A DNA stretch of 64,000 bases from the NCBI GenBank assembly GCA_013115145.1, contig JAAPAO010000001.1:124001-188000 (forward strand). Direction: 5' to 3'. Every line of letters starts with the position of its first letter. Position 1 is the first letter of the stretch. The notes beneath the pieces were generated by a model, which searched no databases, was not told the origin of the DNA, and saw only the letters and a program-made list of their open reading frames with translations. Source of the stretch: Perkinsus chesapeaki ATCC PRA-425. Its lineage: Eukaryota > Protista > Perkinsozoa. Positions 10,576-23,900 of the stretch are shown here, piece by piece. Made by a program: the position numbers and the translations under genes.

Positions 10576-12590
10576 ATGGTACATGGAACTGTATCCTATG
10601 TGGACTCTACAGCTCCTCTATTATCAACGTATCATTTATCGTCTACTAGAAGGGTATGGTTTAGTGTGTTCCTGTTAGGCATGATTAATAATACAGCACT
10701 TCACTTAATGTAAGTTATGGCATTATATTTAGAAGGTTGTCGTACACTGTAGGAGTAGAACATCATTGCGGAGCGATCAATTTAGGCGTATTCACCGTGC
10801 TGGTCGGAGCTGCGCAGCTTCAGCTTCACAACTTGCGCGCAGTTGCTGGGTTTTGAATCGGGAATCTTGGGTCAAACTGTGCATGATACCAGCTAGGTTA
10901 AGATAATAACTTGATCATTAGATCTATTCAATCCTGCTCGAACTTGTAGCCTTTTGATTAACTTGTTATTTTTGCGCTATTTCATTTCAGCTCGTGGCTG
11001 CGCACCATTGTGTGCTCCTCCTCATCCTACGTTCCTATTGTCCTTCAGTTACGCCACTTCACAGAACTTGGCGTCTAGTTTCCACCGAGTCGATTGGATG
11101 CCCGCCTATGGTCTAATCCAGCTCGTCAGTTGTATGTTAACCAGCACCATGCATGCTCGGTAAACGTCGCCCTTCACCTGAGCTCCATATTTGGCGATAG
11201 ATACGGTGTGGCCAACTTCTCCTTTATGGCACGTACAAGGTTCCTACTGCTACTACAGTGCCTTAGCTATTGCCTGTTAGCCATAGCAACTGGTTTGAGT
11301 GCATGTAAGCTTGTCCCAATACAGTGGCGGGTGATCCTATTGTATCAGTTGGCCCTACGACCTCTTCACTTGGCTTTGGTGTGTCACTGCTTGCTGCCGT
11401 CACCAGTGGTAGCAGTCAAAGTATCGGTGAAGTGCTGGTAAGGCAATATGGTCGTGGCTAACAAGAGCCGTATTTAGGTGGTTTCCCGTTGCTATCATCT
11501 CCCTTCTATTAGCCTTGGTGCATGGGGTATGGGCACTGGTCTATCTGGACTTGTGGCCCCGCTCGTCTATACACTATGCAAGTCTATCTACTCGGGCAGC
11601 AGCGGTTATGGTACCATCATCTTCATGCTATCCCTCAACGTCCTTATACCAATGTATAGTGAACAAGGCTTTTGGTGATAATAATGGAGCTTCAGATTCT
11701 ATTATGCCTTTAAGTATGTGGACCACGTTAATACCCATATGGGCCGCGCTGCTAAGGGAGACTGCACTGAGCTCTACAAGTGCAGTGACAGCTTGGACCT
11801 GACCAGCGCCTCGGAAGGCTTAGCTTGTGCTTGGCCTATAGTGCTCAATTTTGTAAGACTGTGACTACTTCGGTATCATGTGCCGTCTACTAGGGGGCTG
11901 TCTACTTTCTGGAGTATCTTATTACACAGAGCTTCCTCGACCGCAGTACCCTCAGACCAGATGCTCACGGGTTCATAGACTCTAATGCGTGAGGATCTCC
12001 ACTAGCACTTTAGAGCACGCGTCAAGCTTAGATACACTTTGGCTTATGCTGGTTATAACCTTGGTGTGGCTCTTTCTCGTGGTGTTGTTGGAATGGTACG
12101 TGAAGTTGTCCGCCTAGGTGGAGTTGTTATCAGATACCAAGTCCGCCAACTGTTCTCATATGGGCACCTACTGTCCTTCAGTTTGCTAACTGTATGGTAT
12201 GGGGTACAGAGTCGACCGTGCACTACGTGGGCCCGAAAGATACTAAGCCACTTTTATAAGTGTTCTGATTCAGATGAGATACACTGTATTTGACACCGAC
12301 ACAGCAGCGTTCATAGCCTATGCTATTTGTATGGTATTTGTTGGTCTCATGGGTGGTACTAGCTACTCCGCCTGCTATGCCTACTTTAGGGACTCCCCCA
12401 CTGTCCCAGATCGGCTGCGCGAGGTCCCTGTCCGGTGTGATACACTACCGTATAGTTGTTCATGTCTCAGGTCCTGGTTAACGTATCTTATGGTGTAAGT
12501 AGTTTGGGTATGCTCCTATCCTCCTTGTCAGCCCTCGCCCTCAGCAAGACCGTCTTGTCCGAGTGCTCTGTGTATGACTGCAGCTATTGA
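10576..12590 (+). CDS. CLN3: Battenin/CLN3 (Btn1) family membrane protein
   Basis: Multi-TM exons include FSVFLLGMINN, SLGAWGMGTGLSGL, YFLEYLI, YNLGVALSR and VGLMGGTSYSACY. These match CLN3/Btn1 motifs in the expected order. Confidence 0.85.
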
Positions 12591-12921
12591 TCTGATGATA
12601 TTCATACCGTATTTCCCTCAACTATGGGTTATGACTCCCACGCTGAAGGGCTTGTTATCGGTATACAGAAGGGAAGGCCATGTCCTCGAGTTCCTTTCAC
12701 TAAAGCAGCATGTCCCCATTTTCTTCTTCTGTGGAGGATGATGAGTCCCTAACGTATCATATAAGCTTGAGTTAACGCAGCGGCGGCGGCGGCCGTGTTT
12801 GCTAGTAGATCGTAGGGGAGATTGCAACTAAATAGTGTCTTGTCGTTGAGGGTGGTCTTCCATTCACTTACCATTGTAGGAGTTTTTTTGCCTTCCTTAC
12901 TTTGGAACTGTCATCATCATC

Positions 12922-13339
12922 ATGAGTGCTGCTGTAGCTCCCGCTTCCCTTGGATTCCATGCTCCCGGTAAGTAGTTAGCTCATCTGTTGGCTTATTACT
13001 GTCGTCATGTAGGTCTTATCACTGGTACTGTCATCTACGCTATAATAGGAGTTGTGTTCACCTTCGTGGCCCCTCTCCTCTTTGCCAAGGAGACCCCTAA
13101 GATCACCAAGGGCGAGAGTAAGCTGCCCAATAGCTCCCATATTAATACCTATTACTTTTAGGCATCAGACTTTCTATCTTGCTAGTGTGGCTCACCACTA
13201 TCTGCATGTGGATGTTGTAAGCATCATAATACTTCATTATATAATATATTGTCTCTTCTCTTTCAGCTGGGCTTTCGTCTACATGCACCAGATGGTACCA
13301 TTGATGAACCCCATCCGTAAGAACCCGCTCTTAGAGTGA
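12922..13339 (+). CDS. VMA9: V-type H+-ATPase V0 subunit e (Vma9/ATP6V0E)
   Basis: Spliced ~90 aa two-TM protein ending ICMWMFWAFVYMHQMVPLMNP, which matches the subunit e signature W..W...YMHQM.PL..P. Confidence 0.88.
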
Positions 13340-13876
13340 TTCAATAACCCGTGACCCGCCGCTATTCCTTACCACCACCACAGCCTGCTAGTTCATTATT
13401 ACTTCACCGCCACCGCTCTTGTTCGGTATTGGCTTTTGTCTCGTATAAGTTATTGGTCGTTGATGGGATGCTTTATAGTGTCTCTGTAAACGCTATCGAT
13501 TCATTCTGCTTCTGGCATTAGCCTTTACTTCTCGTGGTGGCTGTTGAGATAATTTCCTGGCGCAGTGACTATGTGCGATTGGTGGCTTCCCTTCTCTATG
13601 AGAGAGCAGCTTTAACATTAGTAAGGCCTGTCATTGCTGCTGGTAGCTAGCAGGCTTTGTCTGTGGTAGTATAGTTGTTATAGACATCACCGTCATCACT
13701 GGTGGTCACTGTGCTGCGGTTGACGGTGGCGGCGGTTTTATCGTTAGTATTCGTACAATTCCTAGTGGTATCCTTGTGTGCTGCCTAATGGCTGCTGCTA
13801 TCATCAATACTACAGTTCAATAATATTGCATCGACTTGTGTTGTGAGTTCAACTTGGTCATTTACATTTCGGTTTT

Positions 13877-15981
13877 ATGTTACCGGCTCATTCGCAAGAG
13901 GAAGTCTCGCAGGAGCAGCAGCCGCCGCCTCCTCCCCCTCCAGTGGCTCCATCGGAGCCGGAGGAGCCTGAACCGGTGTTGCTACCGACCACGGAAACCA
14001 TTCCAGACCAAACAGGGATGTCCGATCTCCGAATAGATTCACCAGTCGCAGCGCCCCAGCAGGCGGTTAAGGAAGATGTGGTTGGGCGGCAGGGACAAGA
14101 GGAGACTGTGGTAGTGGCTCCTACAGAGCGGTATGAAGTCACCTTCGCATTGCGGGGACCATTAGGAATGGAGTTTAAAGAGATTGAACCGCCTTACAGA
14201 ATATCACGAGTTCATGCTGGCAGCATAGCCGAGAGGCTCGATGTTAAACCGGGAGACTGTATGAGAGCCGTGGATGGCAATGCACTCACTGACGCAGTCG
14301 ATTGGCCGAGCATACGGCAGATGCTATCAAAGCGGCCAGTAGTGGTCCAGTTCGAAAGGGGGGTGCCTGAGGGCCCAGAGGAGGCATCACTGAGAGGAGT
14401 GGTTGGAAACTGGGGCGCTGGGATTCTCACTTCCGCCATTTCTAATGTTAAAACGGCAACACATGCTGCCATATCTACCGGCATTGGTTCATCAAAGCGA
14501 GTTGCCATGGACGGGGCATCGACAACGGCGGCGTCGGCGGCTGAGGACAGACAGCGGATAAAGGATCTTCAGAATCAAGTGGTATCGTTGCAGAAACAAT
14601 TAGCACAGCGGCCCGTGGTGGAGGTCACTCGAGAGCCCGCGGGAAAGGGAGGACAGGGAGATAGCAACGATAGTTTTTCAACATTGGCTGATGCCTACGC
14701 TTCGCTGCAGCAACAGCACGCCTCCCTGCTAGCTCAGTTTGACTCTATGCAGCAGATCGAGGCCAACGCTGAGGACATTGAGCGGTACAAGCGAAAAGTT
14801 AAACAATTAGAGAAGGAGAAGGGGGACCTTGAAGGAGCCCTACAAGGCCTTGGCGACTTGGATACATTGAAAGATCGGTTGAGGAGGGGCATGGAGGCCG
14901 AAGTGAATGGAGCACAACAAGCGAGGGAGGTGATAATAGGGAAGGCTTAGCATGGCGGGTGGTAGAGTACAGCGTTGTTAGTTCCTGCGGGCCTTATTGG
15001 TGAGGTGCCTTCTACTGAGTATTTACAAAATGCCTAGAGGGGTTGATTTCATAATAGTAATGCCGATTATCCAATGAATCGATTTTGGGTTGAATAGTTG
15101 CTCGGTCTTGGTGGACGCCGTCTGAAGGAGCATCATCATCCGGAAATTCTGTGCACTCGGTACCAGTGGGCCTTCCGAAGATCTCAGAAAAGCGTTTTCC
15201 CCGCCGGCTTGCATTTGCCGTATAGTATGGAATCGTTATGGGCGGCATGTAGGTAGCGACTCTTCGAGAGCAAGTCGATAAGCTGCGGCATTCGCTGACA
15301 GAGTCCCAGGAGGCTCTCGATTCCTATACTGCTGCGATTGATAATGCAGAAGATCTTCAACTGGGGGACGTTAGTGATCTGCAAGCTAGGCTGGATGACG
15401 CATTAGCCGAGAAGGCAAGGATGCAGGCATCACTGATGGCTGAGGAACAGAAGAATAGGAAGTTTGGGGAGCAGGGAGAGAAGGTCATATCGACAGTGCT
15501 TCTAACGTGAAGGGTGTCTCTTCAGGTTCTTCAATTGACAAGGTCCCTCAGCTCGGTCACAGCGGAACGTGACGCTCTTAAGGGGAAAGTGGGGGAGTTG
15601 GAGCGTGTGGTGGATTCCTGTCTACAAAAGCTACAAAATGAGATGCAAGACAGGCCATATCTTATCGATAGGCGGGAAGTTGCTAAAGCGGTCACAGCAT
15701 TCATTGAAGGCTATGATGCTGGTGATGAGGATACCTCTATATTGAGGTTGACTGAGCAGCTTGGCTTCACTGTAGAGGAGCGTAAGGCTCTGGGGGTGCT
15801 GTTATCCAAGCCAGAGCCAGCACCAAGGCCATCTTTGCTGGACAAGGACAACGGTAATGGCGGCAAACCAGAACGGTTCGGCGATTCCTTCCTGGCGTTC
15901 TTGGAACATGAAGTTGGTGATGACCAGCAGCAGTCCCAAAAGATTCCTGATCCCGACGCGCCACCACCCCGGACTGAGTGA
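13877..15981 (+). CDS. Golgin-like coiled-coil protein with an N-terminal PDZ domain and a C-terminal GRAB-like domain
   Basis: PDZ at ~14130-14360 (RGPLGMEF...GSIAERLDVKPGD..AVDG), then a long coiled coil. C-terminal DRPYLIDRREVAKAVTAF...LTEQLGFTVEERKALG is GRAB-like. The start is uncertain. Confidence 0.7.
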
Positions 15982-16099
15982 TAATTTCCTATCTTATTTT
16001 TGTATAGTTCCTTTATGTATAACTTGAAGCGTGCTGCTGCTTATGAGTGTAATTGTGTTGAAAGGCATTTCCATATGAAGTACTGGGCAGTTGGTTTCG

Positions 16100-19000
16100 A
16101 TGGCCCCCAAACGTAAATCGGCCGCCAGCAGAGGAGGCGGGGGCAGGAACAAGAAGGCCAAGGGGGGATCTTCCGGTGCTGCCGCGACATCTGTGGTGCT
16201 GCCTGAGCTCGAGGCACCTCTATTTGGAGATGATCTTATGATTGATGATGCTGATAGGCAGAAGCTGAAGGAAATGACTGAGGTACTACTGCCGCTGCTG
16301 GGCGTCGTCGTAGGTGCTGAGTTGGTACTGTTGAAACAGGTTGAGCGAGAGGCTGTATTTAATGAACGTTACGAGCAGTTGGTGAGGTATAGGGAGAGGA
16401 AGAAGGCATTGGAGCGACTAAAGGCCAAGGTACGCTGGGGATGTACTGCTGCTGCTCCTGCTGAATTGGCTTCATAGCTCCAAGCTTCATAACTATAATA
16501 GTTTCCAATTCAAAAAGAGTCCGCCTCCCCATTCAGGGCGTCACTCCGTTGCCAGCAGCTCGCTCTCCGAAGAAGGCAAAGGTTGGAGAGGTATCCGATG
16601 CTGAATCAGGTGATGGGATAGGTCGCAGGTTCAAACCTGTCATGCTGCAATTTTAGATTCTGATGAATCTTCCAGCGGAGAGAGCGAGTCCGGATCATCG
16701 TCTTCTGATGATGAGGATGAGTCCTCTGGCTCCTCCGAATCGGAGAGCAGCTCAGATGAGGAGGAAAGTGATGTAAGTTGATGTAACGGCCAGCAGCTGC
16801 CTCGAGGCACTTGTGCGTTTGGTAGGAGGAAGAAGAGGACGAGAAGGATGGGAAGGAAGCCAAAGGTAAGCTGCACCTCCGTCAGTAGTTGGGTCAGAGT
16901 TACGGTCAGAATCCCGGAAGCCTGAGAAGGCTCAAGTAGATAAGCCTAAGCACGAGGAGCTCACATTGCAGATGGCTCGAAAGATGCTGGTACGGTGGAG
17001 GCATATAAACCACCAACTTGTTTACGTTAATCTTATGGTGTTAGGTCACCAGGCAGCTATGCTTCGAGTATGTCCAGCTGCCGGAAAAATTGAGGGATTC
17101 TGTCTTAACAGGAAGCTTTTGTCGTCTGCAAACCACAGTAAGCAATCTTCAAGCGTTCCTTCAATACTCAAGCCTCGTCAAAGAGTGTTCTTTTGAGGGA
17201 GGTAAACCTTCATCGTATCGTAGTTCAATCAACCTGGAAAAATACACACTTCAGTGGACCTCTGTGACGCCCCCACGGAAGTTGCGGTTTCCCTTCAGTT
17301 CCAAAACACATCGGGAAGCGGGCAAATGGACACCACGGCAGACGGCGGTGACGGGTACTGTGCCCCCGGTGAATAGGCATGCTCTTAATCATGTTGGTCT
17401 TTTGATAGATATATGATGGCCGAGATCACTGGACTGAAGCCACTAGAGAAGCCAACTCAAGTTCGGATACCCACGACAAATGGCGGTAAAGAGGAGGAGC
17501 CCTCCCTCAACTTCGGGACTGAGCATGTTTTTGATCCTTTCAGCCATAAAGGTGATGACCCTCCATCACAATCTGGCCATTCGTCTGCTATCTGGTGTAG
17601 CTGCCGTGGTCCCTGTTACCTGCCTTAGCAACCAGCCCATCAGTGAGGTAAGGTGCCTTACAGAACGTCAGTGCTAATGGAGCTGCTGCTGTTGCTGCTC
17701 CAGGTCGAACTTCAACTGTGGGCAGCCGCTGTTGGCCCAGATCACACTCAGGAGGTGGCCTTGAACGCTCCGAAGAAGGTGAGAGGGCACAACTGGATGC
17801 GATGTTGGCTTGGGAGCCAGCTCGCGTCTTCAGATAAAGGAGCTACAAGAAGCACGACGGTTTGAATGGACTAGTGAGAACATCGACAAGTATCTTGCGA
17901 AGAAGCATGGTGGACAGTCGGTGGTGAGGAGGACCCTAGGTGACGGTGTAAGATTGATGTGCCATGATAGGTGTCCACAAGTCTGGCTATGGAGGAGAGT
18001 CAGCTCGTTACCAAGATAGAAGCACTGATGCAGAAGATGCAGGATTCTGAGCTATCCCAGATCGATAGGAGCGAGGTGCGTCCCGAAACTGGGAGGCTTT
18101 TGGAATGTGGTCATTTGGGTTCGTTTAGATTGAGATCCAGCTGAATAAAGAGGAAATGAGATTGAAGGAAGTTACACAGGAAATCAAGGCCAGCCAGCAG
18201 AAGTGAGGCGGCTTTCAGTGTCCAGGCTGATGGGAAACAGATTGGCAATTGGTCAGGTTTCAAGCGGAGAATCAGCGACTGCGGAGACTACAGGAGATCA
18301 ACCGAAGGAATCTGGAACTACAACAGCAGACCGATCTGGAAATGGCGAAGCGACGAGCACGGCAGCTCGGCAGCACGACATCCAAGGGTGTGACGAATGG
18401 CGTTAATGGTAAGCCTAATTCCCCTCGGCGTCACGCTTACGGCGGGATCCCCAGGCCCGTCACTGAATCCATTTGAGCGAAGAGAATGTCGTCCCACTAT
18501 GTTGTGGGATGTTGGTGGCCATCGAGATGGCGCCACGGGCGATGCTGAAGCTGCGAAGGCTGGGTCGCCTAAGAAGCTGCGACAAGAGGAGCGTTCGAAG
18601 ACTAGCGAGGTTTGGGATGATGCCGGCCGTGGAAATCGAACCTGCTCCCTTTCAGGAGAAGAAGGTGAAGACTAAGAGTCGTTTCGAGCGCATGCTGGAG
18701 GTGTACCGGTCTGTGGATCCTCTAAACTCGGTTATAAAGGTAAGGACCGCCGCTGTTCTCGGCCGTAGTGTCCCCGAATGTCAGGTTCAAAGTTTATTAA
18801 GTAAGCTTGAGAACGAAGGCAGTGGCCCTCATCTGCTGGACGAAGTGAGTCCTCCGAATACCAACCTTCCGATTCATTCTTGATACAAGGTCCGCCATGC
18901 TCGAGCGATGGGACCAGCGGATCCCTCTAAACCAGCGCCGGTCCCCGTGCTTGGCCTTTGGTCTCAGCAGTTGCCGAGCGCTGCTGGAAGACAAGGGCGA

Positions 19001-19133
19001 GGCGAGGTTATGACATTCAAGGAATGGCAGCAACGAGTAAGTGCTGCTGTCTCCTTGCTGCATCCGTGCGAGAGTGGCTTGCTTGCGGCGCACCGTCTTG
19101 TCTCAGGTCGAAGAGCAAGCTCAACAAGGTTGA
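16100..19133 (+). CDS. RTF1: Rtf1 (Paf1 complex, Plus3 domain) transcription elongation factor
   Basis: N-terminal DDLMIDDADRQKLKEMTEVEREAVFNERYEQ, an acidic/Ser-rich linker and a Plus3-like region. Then LQEINRRNLELQQQTDLE and C-terminal MTFKEWQQR. Confidence 0.85.
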
Positions 19134-19340
19134 TTCATTTGGAGCCCATTCCGCCGCAATTGCGATCCGACCACTGCCTTGACAACTTCAGACAACATTT
19201 GGATACTTATGTCTTATTACTAATAAGCTGTTGGGTTCCATCAGTCAGACGACCGAAAAATGCATAACGTGACACGTTTCGCTCCGCTGCGAAGAATCGA
19301 GGTCGATTGAAACCGTCTCCTGCTATTTGTGGAAGTGTAC

Positions 19341-20733
19341 ATGATTCATCATCAACAGCAAGGTCATCGTCCCACCCATAACACCCCACTGCGTCCTCAT
19401 GGACCAACGACAGTTCATCAATACAAGCACGCGCCTCAGCAGCAGCAACATCCAATGCAGTGGTAAACATCTCTGCCGTCCGTATTATCCGACCCATCTT
19501 GCTCGTCCTTTCAGGCCTCACTTTCCGATGCTCACTCCTTCCCACCAGCAATCGTCGTCCTTAGTCATGCTCAAGCCGAGCGGTCTTCCTTCCCAGAACA
19601 CTGCCAGTCTTACTGCTCTCAATCCTGGGATGGCCTACCTGCCGGCAGCATCCACCTCAAGGAGCATGGGTTTCCAGCCCGGAGCCATCGGAAGTCTGGT
19701 CGACTTCGGACCGTTCTCTCCAGCACCGTCAGCTCCTCCTGCAGTGGGGGCATCCGGTGGCTTCCTGATCTGGAACGATGCGAGCCCCACCAGGTCGTCA
19801 CAGAGGCTCTCAACGAGAGCTGTGGCGGGAAGCGTCTTCTCGGCTTCCGATGATGTTGATAGGAGCCTTCAGAGTATCACAAAACACCGCAAGGCCAAAC
19901 GTCGCCGCGGGTTGAAGGACTCGACATGCATTAAGAACAAGCCTCATCATAAGGAGAGGGTTTCTGGAAAAATCTTTGAGACGTTTTCACCCTTCGATGA
20001 GAGATTCCCGGCTTACATGGCCCACGAGCCCCTGGAAATCCGCGGCTTCCAGGCTCACTCCCCCTTCTCTCAGGAGTTCGAGTGTGTTTCACAGTGGCCT
20101 TCAAGCAAAAGAGCAAGGAAGCGATCTCGCAATGTCGATAGGGTGAAGCTGGTTAAGAAGTACATCGGTTCATCTAGAGGCCAGAAGAAGTCCAAGAATT
20201 GGCATGTTCGTTCCTATCATCAACACTTGGTGAAGAGAAGCAATTGTGGCTCCCATGAATGGGAGTCAGTGAGTCCGTTCGATTCCAAGTTCAGAGTTCT
20301 CACTACAAAACCTGGTGTTTACCAGCCAAAGACAAGTACACAACCACATGCCAAAGGGCTCATCGTTTGCTCTCCATGGGATGAAAGATACAGAGTGCAA
20401 TGCCAGCTTGGATGGTGGCAGGAAGATGATACGGATGGGTTCAGCACTTACTCGCCATTCGACAACAGATTCCCCTCGAGATTCTCACCCTTTACAGGAG
20501 GACGTACCAAGAAGAAGCCCTCTCCACTAAAACAGATGTATTCTCCCGAGCCGCGATCGAATGGGCCCTGGACCTCCCCGATGGCTGCAGCCCCAGCGGC
20601 TGCTGCTTTCCCGAGGATGACACCTGTAGCGTCTGGTGCTACCACGAGCCTCTCCTTCCATATTAGCCCTAACTATACCGTACCGGTGGGGTTCAGCTCA
20701 CCGTTTATACCACAAGTGCCTCAACTCAATTGA
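19341..20733 (+). CDS. Hypothetical Q/H-rich protein with repeated SP[FW]DxR[FY] motifs
   Basis: 444-codon open frame ending at 20733. A probable short first exon (MIHHQQQGH...) is joined by an intron at about 19464-19514. Confidence 0.65.
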
Positions 20734-20910
20734 AATGTGCATGATACTTTTTAACTCTTTTGCTTCGACATGAAACTAATGGCTTTGTCTTTTGCTTTCG
20801 CGGTTGTTGCGTTTGGCAGTCGGTTTTGATATTTCAACGCGACATTAGAAAAATATTAATAAACCAGTTTAGCGTACGTCAGTGATTTTGAAGACAGCAA
20901 ATCATCAACA

Positions 20911-23900
20911 TCATCGAGACGCCGACGATGAGGAGTAGCTTGCACCAGGATGCTGTGCAGACTTATTAAGCCACAAGTCGAGCGAATTAGCGCCCTTTGA
21001 CTGACGGCCCAGCACCTAATAGGCAATGCCCTCTTCCTCTCTTTACCTTACCTGAGTTCTGGTGGCCGGTGGGTTAACTCCAGTCCATTGGACGTATCGA
21101 TCAGCGGCAGTCGGCATGTTCTCCCAATTCGCATTAAATCTCTGAAGGGCGGAAGAGAATGACAGCAAATGTTTTAGATGCATTCAGTTACTTGTTGGGA
21201 TGTTGCAGCGGGCGTTAAGTTCATCGTGTCAGGTTCTGCCCTAACCCCTCGTCCGTCCGTAAGCGAGCCCTAAACAACGGATTGGACAGCATAGTTTCCC
21301 ATAGTAATTCCTCACATGTGTCATCCCTGTCAGACGGGCGTCATTTCGCATCGGCGGAACCAACGCCGGGAATCGCCTTCGAGCGGTGCCCTCAGAAAGG
21401 AGGCCTGAATTCAGAGGACATAGGAGGCCCCAGAACTATTGCTGATATCACTACCGAGCTGGATAAGGCTGGCGACCAAAGGCCGGCAGACTTCGGGATT
21501 GGCGAGGGTGGTATTGAAGTACATGTCCCGCATGGACATCAAGGTGTCACTCTGAATCCACCGCCATAATTTCCATGAATGGGCGAGGTGCTTAATCTTA
21601 CCTGTTGCTTCCTTAGCTCGGCTGATGCATCCGGCCTTCTCGAGCCACCACCCTCACCCAGTAGCTGGAGGAGCTCGAGGCCCTGAGGAGAGGCTGACAT
21701 CCACCTGGCAACCACCGAGTGCTCCTACTTGACTGCCAACTTGCATCAGTGTGATGAGTTGGGTAACACAGGGAACTTCGCCGGAATCCGACAGGCCAGT
21801 TGAGTACTGTTCGAGGAGTCTGCTAATCTGTCGAGAGATGCTTCGTGGTGATGCTCGATGGTCGGGTTAACTCACCCCAGTAAGAGTATGCTTGGCCACT
21901 TGCCTCTGCCGGAGACTAAGGACTGGCCTCAAGACAGTCTGCATGTCACCGCTATGGCCTTCCTCATCTTGCCGCCTCCTCTTTGTGCCACCCGATACAG
22001 GAACTTCTTGCAAAGACATTAGAGGGGTCTTCCAGAAAGGCCGAACCAATCGAGATATGTAAAGGCAGAGACCCCTCAGTCTTGGGGACAGGCTCGAGTC
22101 GACCACGGCTGTTCCCGCCGAGGTTGCCATCCTAACGTTCTGCGATATGGAACCTATCGCAGTGCGTTGAGGTGCTCCCCCGCCTGCCCCCAAGGCCAAG
22201 TTGCCACCAAAGGCCGCAGTATCGTTCATGTTGGCGGACGACCCAAACGGGTCCACGAAACTAAAACAGATCGCCCTCGACCACTGAACCCAGTTTGGGC
22301 GGCGCTCACCCCAGTTTGGAGGCGATGTCTGGCGAGAAGAGGGACTGTTCTGCTGCTGAGATGCAGGCTGCTTTGTGGGCCATCCATGACCTGATCAAGG
22401 AGTATAAACCAGAGTACCGGAAGCCACATCTCACCCTCGGTCTTCCGCGGTATCCTCTCCATCCAGGAACAGCGAGTCACCTGCTCCTCCTGCTCCTCCA
22501 AGACTTGATACACCGGAGGCTTCCAACGACCCTTGCATCCCGGAGAGGTCTCTGGGTAGGGAGACTATACAATATATATGCTATACACCTACCCAGAAGT
22601 CATGCCAATGAAGGACCCCCGAGGCGATCCACTCGCCGGTCCAGACCGCCCCCCTCCGGTCAGCGCCGCGTAGATGTCACCCGGTCCAGGGCCACTGTTC
22701 CTGATAAACTCATAATCGAGAACACCATGAGCGGAATTCTCATCACATATCCCTCCGAGCCAGTCCTCGTGATGCACCGGCTTTGAGGTTATGAGTCGCC
22801 AGTAGCTGCCATATCAATGCTGCTGTCTCCACTGCGGTGTACCTACAACAAGCCTGAGGCTGAGCTGATGGTGAAGGGAGCAGCTCACCGTGTGACGAAG
22901 TCCCGAAGGAGGTGAACATTCTGTGCTGCAAGGATGCGAAAGAGCCTGTCGATCGGTCGGACCATCTGCAGTCGGCAGAAGGAGGACCCTCTGAGGTAAC
23001 AGGAGTACAAGCCAGCAGCGGGCACAGTGGACTCACCCCACCAAGAGGACCGCCTCGGCGGTGTCATCACTCTGACTCTGCTTACAAAGCTCATTAGGCA
23101 TGTTAGGGTCAGCCTTGTCCATAGTGGCCCGAGTGAACCTGGTGAAATCATCCCTCCCTCCCCTCACCGCATGCTTACACATGGCTTAGCCCTGCTCCTC
23201 CACCATCGATAACAGTATACCCCTCGAGCATGGCACCGATGGCTCCAGCTCCCCCAGCGCATCTGTGAAGTAAGCCTCGGTTGGACCCTTCACTGGGATG
23301 ATGACCTTACCGTCTGGCCAGCGCCGAGTAGTCAGGAGTGATCACGACAACAGTTCCGCAGCCATCAAGCATGGTAACCGATCCAGACTCAGTCATAGCG
23401 CACGACCGCACCGACACCACAGGCGATCTGATCATGCATCCTTCCCTCTGGTAGAAACAGTGGGGCTACCTGTCCGGTGGGCGGACCAAGCCTACCACCA
23501 GTTTACTAGGGACACGCTTCGATGGGTCAATCTGACGTCGTTGAGCTGCTGAATAGTGATGACTGCTCTCGTAGCCCCACACACGGACGTAGACTCTAGT
23601 GCCCCCTCGGAGGATAGCTAGTAGGCAGACGTCACCACCTTTACCGAAGGGCACAGGAAACAAAGCAATCACATCCTAGAAAGGGACAACGTGGAGAGTG
23701 AAGGTCGAGTGATGAGGCCTACTGCGGCGTTGTTGCGGCGAGCCGATGAGAAGAAGGCGCGGGCTCGGGCGACACGGGAGCCACCGTAGGCAGCTGTGCC
23801 CATGTTGCGTAAGGCAGTTAGGATTGAGCCTGAAGGGAAGATGCAAAGGAGGTTGAGCTGCGGTAGAGCGCACTGTGTAGGATATCTGCCACATGCCTGA

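Noticed and set aside
12618-12830. Possible C/D snoRNA (ATGATGA) or small ORF in the CLN3-VMA9 spacer
   Set aside because: There is no matching D box or terminal stem, and the ORF is not protein-like.
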